Source: Clostridia bacterium (lineage in GTDB: Bacteria > Bacillota > Clostridia > CAKSNL01 > HGM11501). From it: a stretch of DNA of 64,000 nt. The position numbers and the translations under genes are program-made. Below, piece after piece: positions 50,659-60,371 of the stretch; positions within the stretch are counted from its first letter, which is position 1; the number at the start of each line of letters is the position of its first letter. The stretch lies in NCBI GenBank assembly GCA_045545475.1, contig JAZQAZ010000017.1, positions 11,973 to 75,972 of the forward strand. Direction: 5' to 3'. The notes beneath the pieces are model-generated. The model worked only from the letters and a program-made list of their open reading frames with translations, made no database searches and had not been told where the DNA came from.

Positions 50659-52638
50659 TCAGCTCAATTTCTGTATGGTACGTTGTATCACCATTCTTTT
50701 CAGTTCGTCAGACAGATTCTGGAAGTATTCTGAATAGCCTCCGACGCGCACAATAAGATTTTTGTGCATTTCGGGATTTTTGTATGCTTCCATCAAGGTT
50801 TCCAATGAAGTACATGTAATCTGTATATGTATGCCTCCGCCATCCATATATCCTAAAATAAGAGCCTTCAGAGTGGCGTTTTTAAAATCGGGATTTATAT
50901 TAAAGTTAAGCACGGGGATGCCTAATGCGGATTTAAGATCGACAGAAGTTACGCTGTTCAGCAAAGCGGTAGGCCCTTCTGTATCTTTTCCGAAAATGGC
51001 ACCTAAAGAATCGCAAAGCGGAGAGCCTTTTTCTCTGCCGTCAGGGGTTGCACCTATATTCTTTCCTGCCCCCACCTGCGACATAAACTGAATTGATGCC
51101 GGTAAAAATCCTTCGCCTATATATGGCTTTTTATCATCAAGCATAGAAAATACATCAGAAGAAAGCCTGCTTGTAAAATTGTTGGCATCGGTATTATCGT
51201 TGCCGAAGCTCACTTTGTGATTTCTGGCATTTCTTAAAAATTCCTTATCGTTTGTCTTAAGCAGTTCGATGAATAACGGCACATCATAAAGCTTTTCCTC
51301 AAATATGAAATCGCGGATTACAAGCATTGAATCTATTACATTTATCATACCGGCAAAGTTTATGATACTCCATTTATACCTTGCTCCGCCATTGTTATAT
51401 TCCAATCCTAAGTCAATGCAGTCATCAATAAGCAGTGTACGCATCGGCAGGGGGTTATATTTTGCGCGCTCTCTTTGTGAACTGTTAATTTCTGCGGTTA
51501 CGGTTTCGACAACGGATGCCACTTCTTTAATGTAGCATTCGTAAAATTCTTCAAAGCTTTTTGAATCGGCGAGCTTTTCGTATATAACATTTTCCAGTAT
51601 TAAAAGCAGATTTATACCGGCGTCAAGTGATCCTACGTTTGAAAGTCCGGCAAGCATTGACTCGGTACAGCCGCCACCGCAGAATTTTTTTAAATCTTCA
51701 TCCTTGATAAACGGGAATTTGTTTTTAAATCCTTCAATTATTACTTTTTCGTTGTAAAAGGCGGGCTGTCCGTTGTTTGTTCTTACAATTTCAAAAGCCT
51801 TGTCCCATATTTCATCAGGAGTGCTGTCGTTTATGAAAAGCTCTGTCATAGGGCGTCTTTTGCCTTTGGAGGCTTCAAGGCACTGGAGAGTAATCGGATT
51901 GTAATCTGTGCCAAGAGCCATCGAATAGCCGTTATTGACATCTAAATTATCAAACAGGTTTTTTAGTAAATCAACAACACATTCACCGTTGTAATAAGGA
52001 TATAACCCGGAGGCTAAACAGCCGAGATTGTCGCAATTATCAAGATAAAGAATAAAATTCCACGAAACAATGGCTTCGTATATGTTTTCTGCAGGATAAA
52101 GAGGAACCTTATTTAATGCCTTTATCAGTTTTTCGTCGGCACAGGAGGCTTTAAGATAATCAAGGCACCGGGATATGTAGCATTTAATTCCTTCTATAAC
52201 GTGCATAAGACCTTCGCGCATATCTTTATCTTCAATTTTTTCAATTCTTTCTGCGTATGACAATAATCCTTCTTTTAAGATGCGCTCATAGTTTGGCATA
52301 GAATGTGTGTACATACTGCCTGCAACAGTATGCTCAACCGGAACGGACGGATGATATTTGCAAAAGTCAGACAGGAATTTGTTTGCCAGATCGGTATCTT
52401 TTTTGCATACATCATTGTAGTCTATATTCATCCCTGACATATATGATGGATATATGCTCATTCTTTTTGGAAGAATGCCCGACGGATACAAAGCTTTGCC
52501 TTCGTAGACAGCAAGCTCGCAGTTTTCGTAAAATCTTCTTATGCCCAATGCTTTTCTGTAAAAAAGACTTCTTTCTTCCTCTTCATACATTCCTGATGCA
52601 CCATATTCTCCGATAAGCTTAAATTTTTCTGAAATCAT
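50659..52638 (-). CDS. Glycyl-radical enzyme (PFL-like superfamily), short form
   Basis: Cys loop GGGCTE, GATPDGR, Gly loop LIVRVGGYS. Confidence 0.85.
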   Translation of the reverse strand: MISEKFKLIGEYGASGMYEEEERSLFYRKALGIRRFYENCELAVYEGKALYPSGILPKRMSIYPSYMSGMNIDYNDVCKKDTDLANKFLSDFCKYHPSVPVEHTVAGSMYTHSMPNYERILKEGLLSYAERIEKIEDKDMREGLMHVIEGIKCYISRCLDYLKASCADEKLIKALNKVPLYPAENIYEAIVSWNFILYLDNCDNLGCLASGLYPYYNGECVVDLLKNLFDNLDVNNGYSMALGTDYNPITLQCLEASKGKRRPMTELFINDSTPDEIWDKAFEIVRTNNGQPAFYNEKVIIEGFKNKFPFIKDEDLKKFCGGGCTESMLAGLSNVGSLDAGINLLLILENVIYEKLADSKSFEEFYECYIKEVASVVETVTAEINSSQRERAKYNPLPMRTLLIDDCIDLGLEYNNGGARYKWSIINFAGMINVIDSMLVIRDFIFEEKLYDVPLFIELLKTNDKEFLRNARNHKVSFGNDNTDANNFTSRLSSDVFSMLDDKKPYIGEGFLPASIQFMSQVGAGKNIGATPDGREKGSPLCDSLGAIFGKDTEGPTALLNSVTSVDLKSALGIPVLNFNINPDFKNATLKALILGYMDGGGIHIQITCTSLETLMEAYKNPEMHKNLIVRVGGYSEYFQNLSDELKRMVIQRTIQKLS

Positions 52639-52753
52639 AACAATCCCCTTTCTGCCTGATTAGATTTTACCCTAAACAAGCGGATTTGTCCATTGACATA
52701 TCTATTCATCATATGGTAAAATCATAACTGATAACAAGAGGGAGGGCGACAGA

Positions 52754-53560
52754 ATGCGATATGAGATTTTCTCTGACGGCAGTGCATCTTTGCTTAAACT
52801 GAATTCAATGGGAGTAAGCGGAGATGTGAATGTTACGAAATTCGGGCCTGCACGAAGAGATTTATATATAATTCATTATGTAACCAAAGGGAAAGGATAC
52901 TATAACGGTAATGAGGTAAACGAGGGAGAAGGCTTTCTTATATATCCCGGTCAAGATGAGGTATACTATCCTTCAAAAAGTAATCCGTGGGAGTTTTTAT
53001 GGATTATATCATCAGACGATGCCATGAAAGAAATCTTTGAAAGATATAATGCAGATTCAGATACATTGATTTTTAAGTATGATACCGTACCTGTGGCTAA
53101 AAAAATCGGAAGTATGATTATGTCTGAAAACGGAAAAATTTCAGACTCCCTTAAAATGCTGGAGATGTTTTTGCATATATTAAACAGTCATACATATACA
53201 AAGCTTTCATCGCAGCGCGTGCCCGACAGTGAAATATATCTGAATTTTTGCACAGGCTTTATTGAAACCAATATGCATAAGAAAATTACGGTGGAGGAGC
53301 TGTCACGTCTGGCAGGAATAAGCCAGCCTTATCTGCACAAAATTTTCAGGAAAAGATTTAATATGTCAACAAAAGAGTATATAACATGGTATAAAATGAA
53401 GAAAGCCAAAGAATTACTGATAGAAACAAGTATGTCGATAACCGAAATTGCAAATTCTGTCGGTTACAGTGATGTTCTCGCGTTTTCCAAGGCTTTTTCT
53501 TCAAAGGAAAATATGTCTCCGCAAAAATATCGGCAGCTTATGAAAAAAGACGGAGTTTGA
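52754..53560 (+). CDS. AraC-family regulator
   Basis: FGP..R..Y.IHYV..GKG, C-terminal HTH; divergent from the GRE gene. Confidence 0.9.
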   Translation: MRYEIFSDGSASLLKLNSMGVSGDVNVTKFGPARRDLYIIHYVTKGKGYYNGNEVNEGEGFLIYPGQDEVYYPSKSNPWEFLWIISSDDAMKEIFERYNADSDTLIFKYDTVPVAKKIGSMIMSENGKISDSLKMLEMFLHILNSHTYTKLSSQRVPDSEIYLNFCTGFIETNMHKKITVEELSRLAGISQPYLHKIFRKRFNMSTKEYITWYKMKKAKELLIETSMSITEIANSVGYSDVLAFSKAFSSKENMSPQKYRQLMKKDGV

Positions 53561-53577
53561 GCATAAGAATCTATTGT

Positions 53578-53612
53578 AAAAGGCAGAAACGATTTAATCG
53601 TTTCTGCCTTTT
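53578..53612. terminator. Bidirectional terminator
   Basis: AAAAGGCAGAAACGATT/AATCGTTTCTGCCTTTT. Confidence 0.85.
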
Positions 53613-53650
53613 GGATTTCTGTTTTTAATTGTTTAAAAGTGCATCCCGAA

Positions 53651-53916
53651 AAAATTTTCTCTATTGAAAATTTTAGCGATTCTTTTATAGAATGTGTATC
53701 TCGAAAAAATCCTGTTCGGATTTTTCATTGTATTGCCTACACCCTTGAACGCATTTTCGGCAATGTCGCTCAAAATTTTTCTTTGTTGAAAAAGTCAACA
53801 ATTCTTTTATAGTGTGAGCGTGCCGAAAAAATGCTATTCGCATTTTTCATTGTATTTCCTACACCCTTGAACGGGTTTCGGAAATTTCCGATAAAATTTT
53901 CTCTATTGAAAATTTT
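53651..53916 (-). repeat. Tandem structured repeat, 121-bp period, two diverged units plus three terminal repeats
   Basis: AAAATTTTCTCTATTGAAAATTTT-like repeat at 53651, 53772, 53893; homologous to the 13201-13407 repeat. Confidence 0.9.
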
Positions 53917-54943
53917 ATCTCTGTACTCTTCCTGATCCGTCGCCACCCATTAAGGTTTCAACTTCCTTAACGGTTACTCTGTTAAAGTCACCGATGATGG
54001 TGTGCTTTAAGCAGCTTGCTGCAACTGCAAATTCAAGAGCCTTCTTCATATCGTCATAGTTAAGAAGTCCGTAAATCAAGCCTGCACCGAAGGAGTCGCC
54101 GCCGCCAACTCTGTCAACGATATCCTTGATTTCATACTTCTTGGAAACGTAAAATTCCTTGCCGTCGCAGATACAAGCAGACCAGTCATTGTGGTTTGCA
54201 CTCTTGCTTTCACGAAGTGTGATTGCAATCTTTTCTGCGTTGGGATACATTTTAAGTACTTCCTTTGCAAGAACTTCGTACTTAGCTGTGTCAAGGTGAC
54301 CGCCTGTAACGTCGCTTCCTGCTTCGATGCCGAGTGACTTCTGGCAGTCTTCTTCGTTTGCGATGATTACGTCAACGTACTTAACAAGCTCTCTCATAAT
54401 TTCCTTTGCTTCCTTACCGTACTTCCAGAGGTTCTTTCTGTAGTTAAGGTCGCAGGAAACCTTTAAGCCCATTTCCTTTGCTGCCTTACAAGCTGCAAGA
54501 GAAACATCAGCTGCACTCTGGGAAAGAGCGGGGGTGATACCTGTGATGTGGAACCACTCTGCACCGTCGAAAATCTTCTTAAAGTCGAAAAGATCGGGTG
54601 TTGCAAGAGCGATGGAAGAATAGGCTCTGTCATAAATTACCTTGGAAGGTCTCTGGTTAGAGCCTGTTTCAAGATAGTATGTACCGAGTCTGCCTTCGGA
54701 ATATACGATATCGGAAATATCAACGCCGAAGCCGCGAAGCTGGCAGGTAAGTGCATATGTAATGTCATGCTTGGGAAGAGCGGTAACGTACTTTGCTTCC
54801 ATACCGAAGTTTGCAAGAGAAACTGCAACGTTTGCTTCACCGCCGCCGAAGGTTGCCTCAAGCATGGGGGACTGCATGAATCTTTCAAGACCGGGAGACT
54901 TAAGTCTTAACATAATTTCGCCGAGTGTAACAACTTTTTTCAT
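53915..54943 (-). CDS. kdgK: 2-keto-3-deoxygluconate kinase (PfkB)
   Basis: [32 protein letters not shown]. Confidence 0.9.
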   Translation of the reverse strand: MKKVVTLGEIMLRLKSPGLERFMQSPMLEATFGGGEANVAVSLANFGMEAKYVTALPKHDITYALTCQLRGFGVDISDIVYSEGRLGTYYLETGSNQRPSKVIYDRAYSSIALATPDLFDFKKIFDGAEWFHITGITPALSQSAADVSLAACKAAKEMGLKVSCDLNYRKNLWKYGKEAKEIMRELVKYVDVIIANEEDCQKSLGIEAGSDVTGGHLDTAKYEVLAKEVLKMYPNAEKIAITLRESKSANHNDWSACICDGKEFYVSKKYEIKDIVDRVGGGDSFGAGLIYGLLNYDDMKKALEFAVAASCLKHTIIGDFNRVTVKEVETLMGGDGSGRVQR

Positions 54944-54961
54944 AATAAAACGTCCTTTCTA

Positions 54962-55918
54962 TTATTTCTGGAGAAGGTGAAGTGCAAAGCCTGCAATTTC
55001 ATCCTTAAAGAATATAACCTTCATAGAACCGTCTGCATTGAAAAGTGCGGAAGATTCGTCAAATTCAATGCCCTGAGCCTTTAAGTGGTAAACTGCTCTG
55101 TCAACAGAGTTTGTCTTGATTGCGATGTGACCGTTTACGCCTTTGCCTTTGCCCTTCATGATTTCGATAATCTTTCCCGCCCAGAAGCTGGAATTGCCTT
55201 CGGAAGTTTCGATACCGCCGAAAGCCTTTGCAAACTTAACTGCAACGCAGGAAGCTTCTGCAGCATCAGCTGTATTAACGCCGAGGTGACCGATTTCGAA
55301 GCCGAGCATAATGGAAACAGCCTTTTTGGTAAGCTCTGTAATCTTATCCCATTCGCCGTTTTCGATGTATTCTTCCTTAACCATAAAGCTTCCGCCGCAG
55401 GCAAGGATTTTCTTGTTTGTGATATAGGTGGTTAAATTGTCAAGTCCGATTCCGCCTGTGGGAATGAACTTAAGGTTTCCGTAGGGAGCAGATAAAGCCT
55501 TTATCTTATCAATACCGCCGCTCTGCTCTGCAGGGAAGAACTTAACAACCTTTAAGCCAAGCTCCAAAGCCTGCTCAATTTCTGTGGGAGAAGTACATCC
55601 GGGTGTGGGGATGATGTCATTTTCTAAACACCAGGAAACAACCTTGGGATTGAAGCCGGGGCTTACGATAAATTTAGCGCCTGCGTTTTTAGCACGCTGG
55701 GCCTGTTCTATGGTAAGAACTGTTCCTGCACCAACTAACATTTCGGGGAAAGCTTCGGATACTCTCTTTATAGCTTCCTCGGCGGCCTCTGTTCTGAAGG
55801 TAATTTCGGCAATGGGAAGACCGCCGTCAATTAAAGCCTTCGCAAGGGGAACAGCCTTTTCAACGTCATTGATTTTTATAACCGGTACGATACCGATATC
55901 GGATATTTTCTTTAACAT
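54962..55918 (-). CDS. eda: KDPG/KHG aldolase with ~110-aa C-terminal extension
   Basis: EITFRT, GAGTVL, VSPG, KFFPA, PTGGI. Confidence 0.9.
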   Translation of the reverse strand: MLKKISDIGIVPVIKINDVEKAVPLAKALIDGGLPIAEITFRTEAAEEAIKRVSEAFPEMLVGAGTVLTIEQAQRAKNAGAKFIVSPGFNPKVVSWCLENDIIPTPGCTSPTEIEQALELGLKVVKFFPAEQSGGIDKIKALSAPYGNLKFIPTGGIGLDNLTTYITNKKILACGGSFMVKEEYIENGEWDKITELTKKAVSIMLGFEIGHLGVNTADAAEASCVAVKFAKAFGGIETSEGNSSFWAGKIIEIMKGKGKGVNGHIAIKTNSVDRAVYHLKAQGIEFDESSALFNADGSMKVIFFKDEIAGFALHLLQK

Positions 55919-55951
55919 AAAAACACCTCTTTTAAAAATTTTTGCAATTAT

Positions 55952-56023
55952 ATTATATATTTTTCTTTTCCCTAAGTCAATGCAAATTCTTGCTTTTTTT
56001 GCGAAAAATCTTTAATTTTTTGC
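55952..56023 (-). promoter_or_regulatory. eda-kdgK promoter with 21-bp direct repeat abutting the -35
   Basis: Minus strand GCAAAAAATTAAAGATTTTTC / GCAAAAAAAGCAAGAATTTGC then TTGACT-17-TATAAT. Confidence 0.6.
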
Positions 56024-56032
56024 TCTCTTTTA

Positions 56033-56875
56033 TCAAAGTGTAAGCTTTTTTCTGTAGGCGGTGGGAGAGAGGCCTTTGTGCTTTTTAAAAAGCTTGCCGT
56101 AATAGGAAGCACCGGAAAAGCCTGAGGAGGTTGCAACCTCTTCAATCGAAAGGTCTGCTTTTTCTAAAAGCTCCAGAGACTTATCGAGCTTTTTTAAGCT
56201 TATGTATTCACCAAGAGCCATACCGAAATGTTGATTCGTGAGTTTATATAAGGTGGTTTTGGAGAGATAAGTGCCTTTGGAGATTGAGTCTGGCGTTAAG
56301 GCTTCGCCTATGTGAGCATCGATATATTCTGTCAGTATGTCAAGCTTCTGCCCGCTTTTTGCCTTTACCATATTCTCGGTTAAAATATATTTTGTAAGCA
56401 TCACCGCTACGCTTATGACACCTTTGATTTTACTGTCGTCATAAGTGGGAAGAGCATCAAAGCTTTTTTTCATTTCTTCCATTGGAAGACCGGTGTGGGC
56501 GATTAAGGGATAAACCTTTTTAAAATCCGTTTCCTTTTTCATCTGTCCTAAAATTATGTAGCCCAGAACAGAATCATTGTGAGTTATGGGAACGGCAATA
56601 TCAATAAGCCCTGCGTGGCAGATGTGATGTTCTGCCTTAAGGCTTTTTTTACACCTTTCGATAAGCATACTGTCAGAGGCGTGACATTTATTGCGTGACT
56701 GGGGGAGGGAGTGAATAAGACGGCAGTAGGGCGGGATGTCGCAATGCTCCTTGTAGTCATTCCACAAAATCTGTGTATGGCCGTCCTTGTCTATAAGGTT
56801 TATATTTATTCCCGTGGCATTGGAAAAATCACGAAGTGCTGAAATAAGCTTTTCTTTGTCATAACGTATAATCAT
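56033..56875 (-). CDS. AraC-family regulator with PocR sensor domain
   Basis: YCRLI...C..SD...CHAGL.DIAVPI...GQ plus HTH. Confidence 0.88.
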   Translation of the reverse strand: MIIRYDKEKLISALRDFSNATGININLIDKDGHTQILWNDYKEHCDIPPYCRLIHSLPQSRNKCHASDSMLIERCKKSLKAEHHICHAGLIDIAVPITHNDSVLGYIILGQMKKETDFKKVYPLIAHTGLPMEEMKKSFDALPTYDDSKIKGVISVAVMLTKYILTENMVKAKSGQKLDILTEYIDAHIGEALTPDSISKGTYLSKTTLYKLTNQHFGMALGEYISLKKLDKSLELLEKADLSIEEVATSSGFSGASYYGKLFKKHKGLSPTAYRKKLTL

Positions 56876-57041
56876 AAAATCACCCGTTACCATTATAAAA
56901 CATAAGCAGTAATTCGTCAAGGATTTTACAATTTGGGGAATATAGTGCGAAAATAAAGAATTATCCTCCTAAGCGGGGTATTGAAAAAAGGAAAGTTTTG
57001 TAGTAAAATTATCCGTGATAAAATTAAAAGGCGGCGTATTT

Positions 57042-57899
57042 ATGAGTACTTTGGTTCTTATTTTAGTAATTATTGGAGTTTCTTTACAGAACATCGTAAA
57101 AAAAGCATATAACATAAAGGTTGGCGGCGGAGTTTTTGCTTTTTCGGGAGCGTCTGCAGCAATTGCGGCATTGTTTTTCATCTTTTCTTCTATAGGAACA
57201 TTTGAATACAGTGCGGAATTTTTACCTTATTCTGTAGGCTTTTCTGTTTTCTACAGTATGGGCGTTGCCTTTTCCGTTCTCGCGATTCTGACGGGGCCGT
57301 TATCTTTGACAAGCCTTATTTCTTCCTATTCTTTAATAATTCCTGCACTTTACGGAATTATGAACGGGGATGAGGTTGACGCACTTTTAATAGGCGGAAT
57401 AATTCTTCTTTTAATTTCTCTCGTATTTGTAAATATGGAGAAAAAGGACGATAAAAAAATAACGCTTAAGTGGGCAATCTTTGCATTTCTTGCTTTCCTC
57501 GGAAACGGAGGATGCTCCACTGTGCAGACGGCACAGCAGCAGGCACTTGACGGAAAGTACAAAAACGAATTTATGATAATTGCTCTTTTAATTACGGCAT
57601 TTACGCTTTTTGCGGTGGCGTTTTTCACAAAGGAAAGGGAAAAAATCGGTACTTCACTTAAAAAAGGCTTCATTTGGTATGCCGTATGCGGTATTGCCAA
57701 CGGTGCTGTAAACCTTTTCGTAATGATGCTGGTATCGGTTTATAAAATGCCTCCCTCTGTAATGTTCCCCCTTGTTTCCGCAGGCGGTATCATCGTAACC
57801 GTTGCTGTTTCAATGACGCTTTATAAAGAAAAGCTTACGCTCTGCCAGATAATCGGCGTAATCTTAGGCACCGGGGCAGTTGTGCTTCTTAATCTTTAA
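57042..57899 (+). CDS. DMT/EamA-family transporter
   Basis: About ten hydrophobic helices, GPLSLT, YKEKLT..Q..G. Confidence 0.75.
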   Translation: MSTLVLILVIIGVSLQNIVKKAYNIKVGGGVFAFSGASAAIAALFFIFSSIGTFEYSAEFLPYSVGFSVFYSMGVAFSVLAILTGPLSLTSLISSYSLIIPALYGIMNGDEVDALLIGGIILLLISLVFVNMEKKDDKKITLKWAIFAFLAFLGNGGCSTVQTAQQQALDGKYKNEFMIIALLITAFTLFAVAFFTKEREKIGTSLKKGFIWYAVCGIANGAVNLFVMMLVSVYKMPPSVMFPLVSAGGIIVTVAVSMTLYKEKLTLCQIIGVILGTGAVVLLNL

Positions 57900-57903
57900 C
57901 AAA

Positions 57904-57932
57904 AAAAGCTTCGGGCTTTGCCCGGAGCTTTT
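57904..57932. terminator. Bidirectional terminator
   Basis: AAAAGCTTCGGGC/GCCCGGAGCTTTT. Confidence 0.8.
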
Positions 57933-58767
57933 AATATTTCTTTCCTTTAAGAGCGTCCTCGACGCTCTTTATTGCATTTTCGGCATAAGTGGTTTTGCGG
58001 CACACGATGTAAGAATAAATGGTGTCAATTATTGAAAGTGCCGCGATTCGGGAGTTTAAGCCGAGGATAGTATATTCCGTTTCCATTGATGAGGTAAAAA
58101 GTGTGATGTCAGATTCCTTTACGATGGGGGACTTACCCTTGTTTGTTATGGCGATGGTTTTAGCCCCTTGTCCTTTTGCAATTTTCAAGGCATCAACAAT
58201 ATCCTTTGATGAGCCTGAATGGGAAATGCCTATGGCAACATCCCCGCTATTTAAATGAGATGCGGCAATTGCCTGCATATGATTGTCTGAAAAAACGGAA
58301 GCATCGCACCCTGCCCTGAAAAACTTGTGTCCTGCATCTTGTGCCACGGAGGCGGAGTTACCGAGACCGAAAATTACCACCTTTTTGGCATCTAAAATTG
58401 CCTTTGCGGCTTCATCCAAGGCTTCGGGAGAAAGGGATTGCTTTGTCATTTCAAGAGACTTATAAATATCGTTTGTGACCTTTTCGAAAATTTCAAAGGT
58501 GGTATCTTCCTCTGCAACATCGTGATTGTCTATGACCTTTCCGCTTTCTCTGGCAATGGAAATTTTAAGCTCCTGATATCCTGAAAGCCCGAGACGTCTT
58601 GCAAAGCGGACGATTGTTGCCTCGCTGCTCTTGCTTTTTTCCGCAAGCTCCGTTATGGAAAGGGGGAGAAGCTCCGACGGATGGGAGATTATAAAATCCG
58701 CCACTTTTTTCTCGGATTTTCCCATTTCGTCATAAAGCATCTGTATTTTAAGCATTGTTCTGTCCAT
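57931..58767 (-). CDS. RpiR/MurR-family regulator (HTH + SIS)
   Basis: SEATIVRFARRLG.SGYQELK, GLGNS, ISHSGS. Confidence 0.92.
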   Translation of the reverse strand: MDRTMLKIQMLYDEMGKSEKKVADFIISHPSELLPLSITELAEKSKSSEATIVRFARRLGLSGYQELKISIARESGKVIDNHDVAEEDTTFEIFEKVTNDIYKSLEMTKQSLSPEALDEAAKAILDAKKVVIFGLGNSASVAQDAGHKFFRAGCDASVFSDNHMQAIAASHLNSGDVAIGISHSGSSKDIVDALKIAKGQGAKTIAITNKGKSPIVKESDITLFTSSMETEYTILGLNSRIAALSIIDTIYSYIVCRKTTYAENAIKSVEDALKGKKY

Positions 58768-58783
58768 AAAACACCTCCAAAAA

Positions 58784-58888
58784 TGAAAATAATTTTCACT
58801 TTTTAATCATTTTAACACGATAGTAACCAAAAGTCAATGAAAATTTTTTCAAAAAAGTCTTGCATTTTAATATAAGATGTGATAATAT
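58784..58888. promoter_or_regulatory. Divergent promoters with two palindromic operator candidates
   Basis: TGAAAATAATTTTCA (58784-58798), TGAAAATTTTTTCA (58838-58851); minus TTGACT-17-TAAAAT; plus TTGCAT-17-TAATAT. Confidence 0.65.
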
Positions 58889-58932
58889 GTAAAATAGCAA
58901 ATAATGTGTAAATAAAAAACGGAGGTATTAAA

Positions 58933-60357
58933 ATGACAGACTTTTTATTTGACGTGATTGCGACCGAACTTGAGGACGCAGTCGGCAGAGAAAACTGTTC
59001 TACAAGAACAATCGACAAGGTTTCTCACAGTGTTGACTATTTCTGGCTTTCCAGAATGTGGGCAGACAGAGGCTTAAGAATGCCCGAGGGTGACTTTATA
59101 GTTGCTCCCAAGGATGCAAAGGAAACTTCTGCGGTATTAAAAATTGCAAACTACTACAAAATTCCCGTAACCACCTGGGGTGCCGGCGGCGGTACACAGG
59201 GCGGTGCAATTCCCGTTTGCGGCGGTATCGTTCTTGACACAAAGAGAATGAATAAAATTTATGACGTAAACGAGCAGGGTATGTACATAGAGTGCGGAAC
59301 AGGTGCGATCTATAAGCACATCGAATGGGCTGCAAACGAAAGAGGATATGCAACAATGCACTATCCTTCATCCCTTACCTGCTCCACAGTAGGTGGCTTC
59401 TTGGCTCACCGTGGTATCGGCGTATCTTCCACAAAGTACGGAAAGATTGACGATATGGTGCTCCAGATGGAAGTTGTTCTTCCCAACGGTGACATTATCG
59501 AGACATCTCCCGCTCCCAAGCATGCGGCAGGTCCAGACCTTAATCAGATATTCATCGGTTCTGAAGGTACACTTGGCGTTATGACAAAGGCTCAGATGAG
59601 AATTTACGAACAGCCTGAGTCCCGTCAGTTCAGAGGCTTCCTCTTCCACAATATGACAGATGCGTTCAACGCAGGCCGTGAGCTTTTACAGAAGTTTAAG
59701 CCCTCTGTTATGAGACTTTATGACGAGGCTGAAACAGCTTCTCTTATAAAGAAGATTGTCGGCGTTGAAAAGAAGGGCGCATTCATGAACATCGCTATTG
59801 AAGGTGTTAAGGAAATGGCTGACCTTGAAATGAAGATTCTTCTTGAAACCTTCGGCAAGTACGGTGCAGAAGACTTAGGCTCTGAATACGGCGAAAAGTG
59901 GTGGAAGGAAAAGATTACATTCTTCTATCCCGGTCATATGATGGATATTCCTCAGTGCTTCGGTACTATGGATACAATCGCTCCCTATGATAAGATTGAA
60001 AAGATTTACTGGGAAATGAAGAAGGCAATCGAAACAAACTTCCCCCAGGCGAAGTTCATCGCTCACTTCTCTCACTGGTATGAATGGGGCTGCATGATTT
60101 ACGACCGCTTTATCGTTGACGGTAAGGACGTTCCCAGAGATCCTCACGAAGCATTCAGACTTCATCAGGCAATCTGGAACTGCGGCGTAAGAACAGCTCT
60201 TGCCAACGGCGGTGTTGTAAACGACCACCACGGCGTAGGCATCAAGCTCGGCCGTCTTATGAAGGAACAGTACGGTCCCGCTATGCAGGTATTTGAAGGA
60301 ATTAAGAAGCAGCTTGACCCCAACGGCATCATGAATCCGTTCAAGCTTGGATTATAA
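58933..60357 (+). CDS. FAD-linked oxidase family protein, alkyl-DHAP-synthase/YgcU-like
   Basis: GAGGG..GG, STVGG, STKYGKI.D, GPDL.QIFIGSEGTLGV, HFSHWY, DHHGVG, DPNGIMNP. Confidence 0.8.
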   Translation: MTDFLFDVIATELEDAVGRENCSTRTIDKVSHSVDYFWLSRMWADRGLRMPEGDFIVAPKDAKETSAVLKIANYYKIPVTTWGAGGGTQGGAIPVCGGIVLDTKRMNKIYDVNEQGMYIECGTGAIYKHIEWAANERGYATMHYPSSLTCSTVGGFLAHRGIGVSSTKYGKIDDMVLQMEVVLPNGDIIETSPAPKHAAGPDLNQIFIGSEGTLGVMTKAQMRIYEQPESRQFRGFLFHNMTDAFNAGRELLQKFKPSVMRLYDEAETASLIKKIVGVEKKGAFMNIAIEGVKEMADLEMKILLETFGKYGAEDLGSEYGEKWWKEKITFFYPGHMMDIPQCFGTMDTIAPYDKIEKIYWEMKKAIETNFPQAKFIAHFSHWYEWGCMIYDRFIVDGKDVPRDPHEAFRLHQAIWNCGVRTALANGGVVNDHHGVGIKLGRLMKEQYGPAMQVFEGIKKQLDPNGIMNPFKLGL

Positions 60358-60371
60358 TAGGAGGTAAGGTT

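Noticed and set aside
53840-53890. tRNA remnant suggested by the GTTCAA loop
   Set aside because: No cloverleaf or proper 7-nt T-loop; the efp copy has GTTGAA
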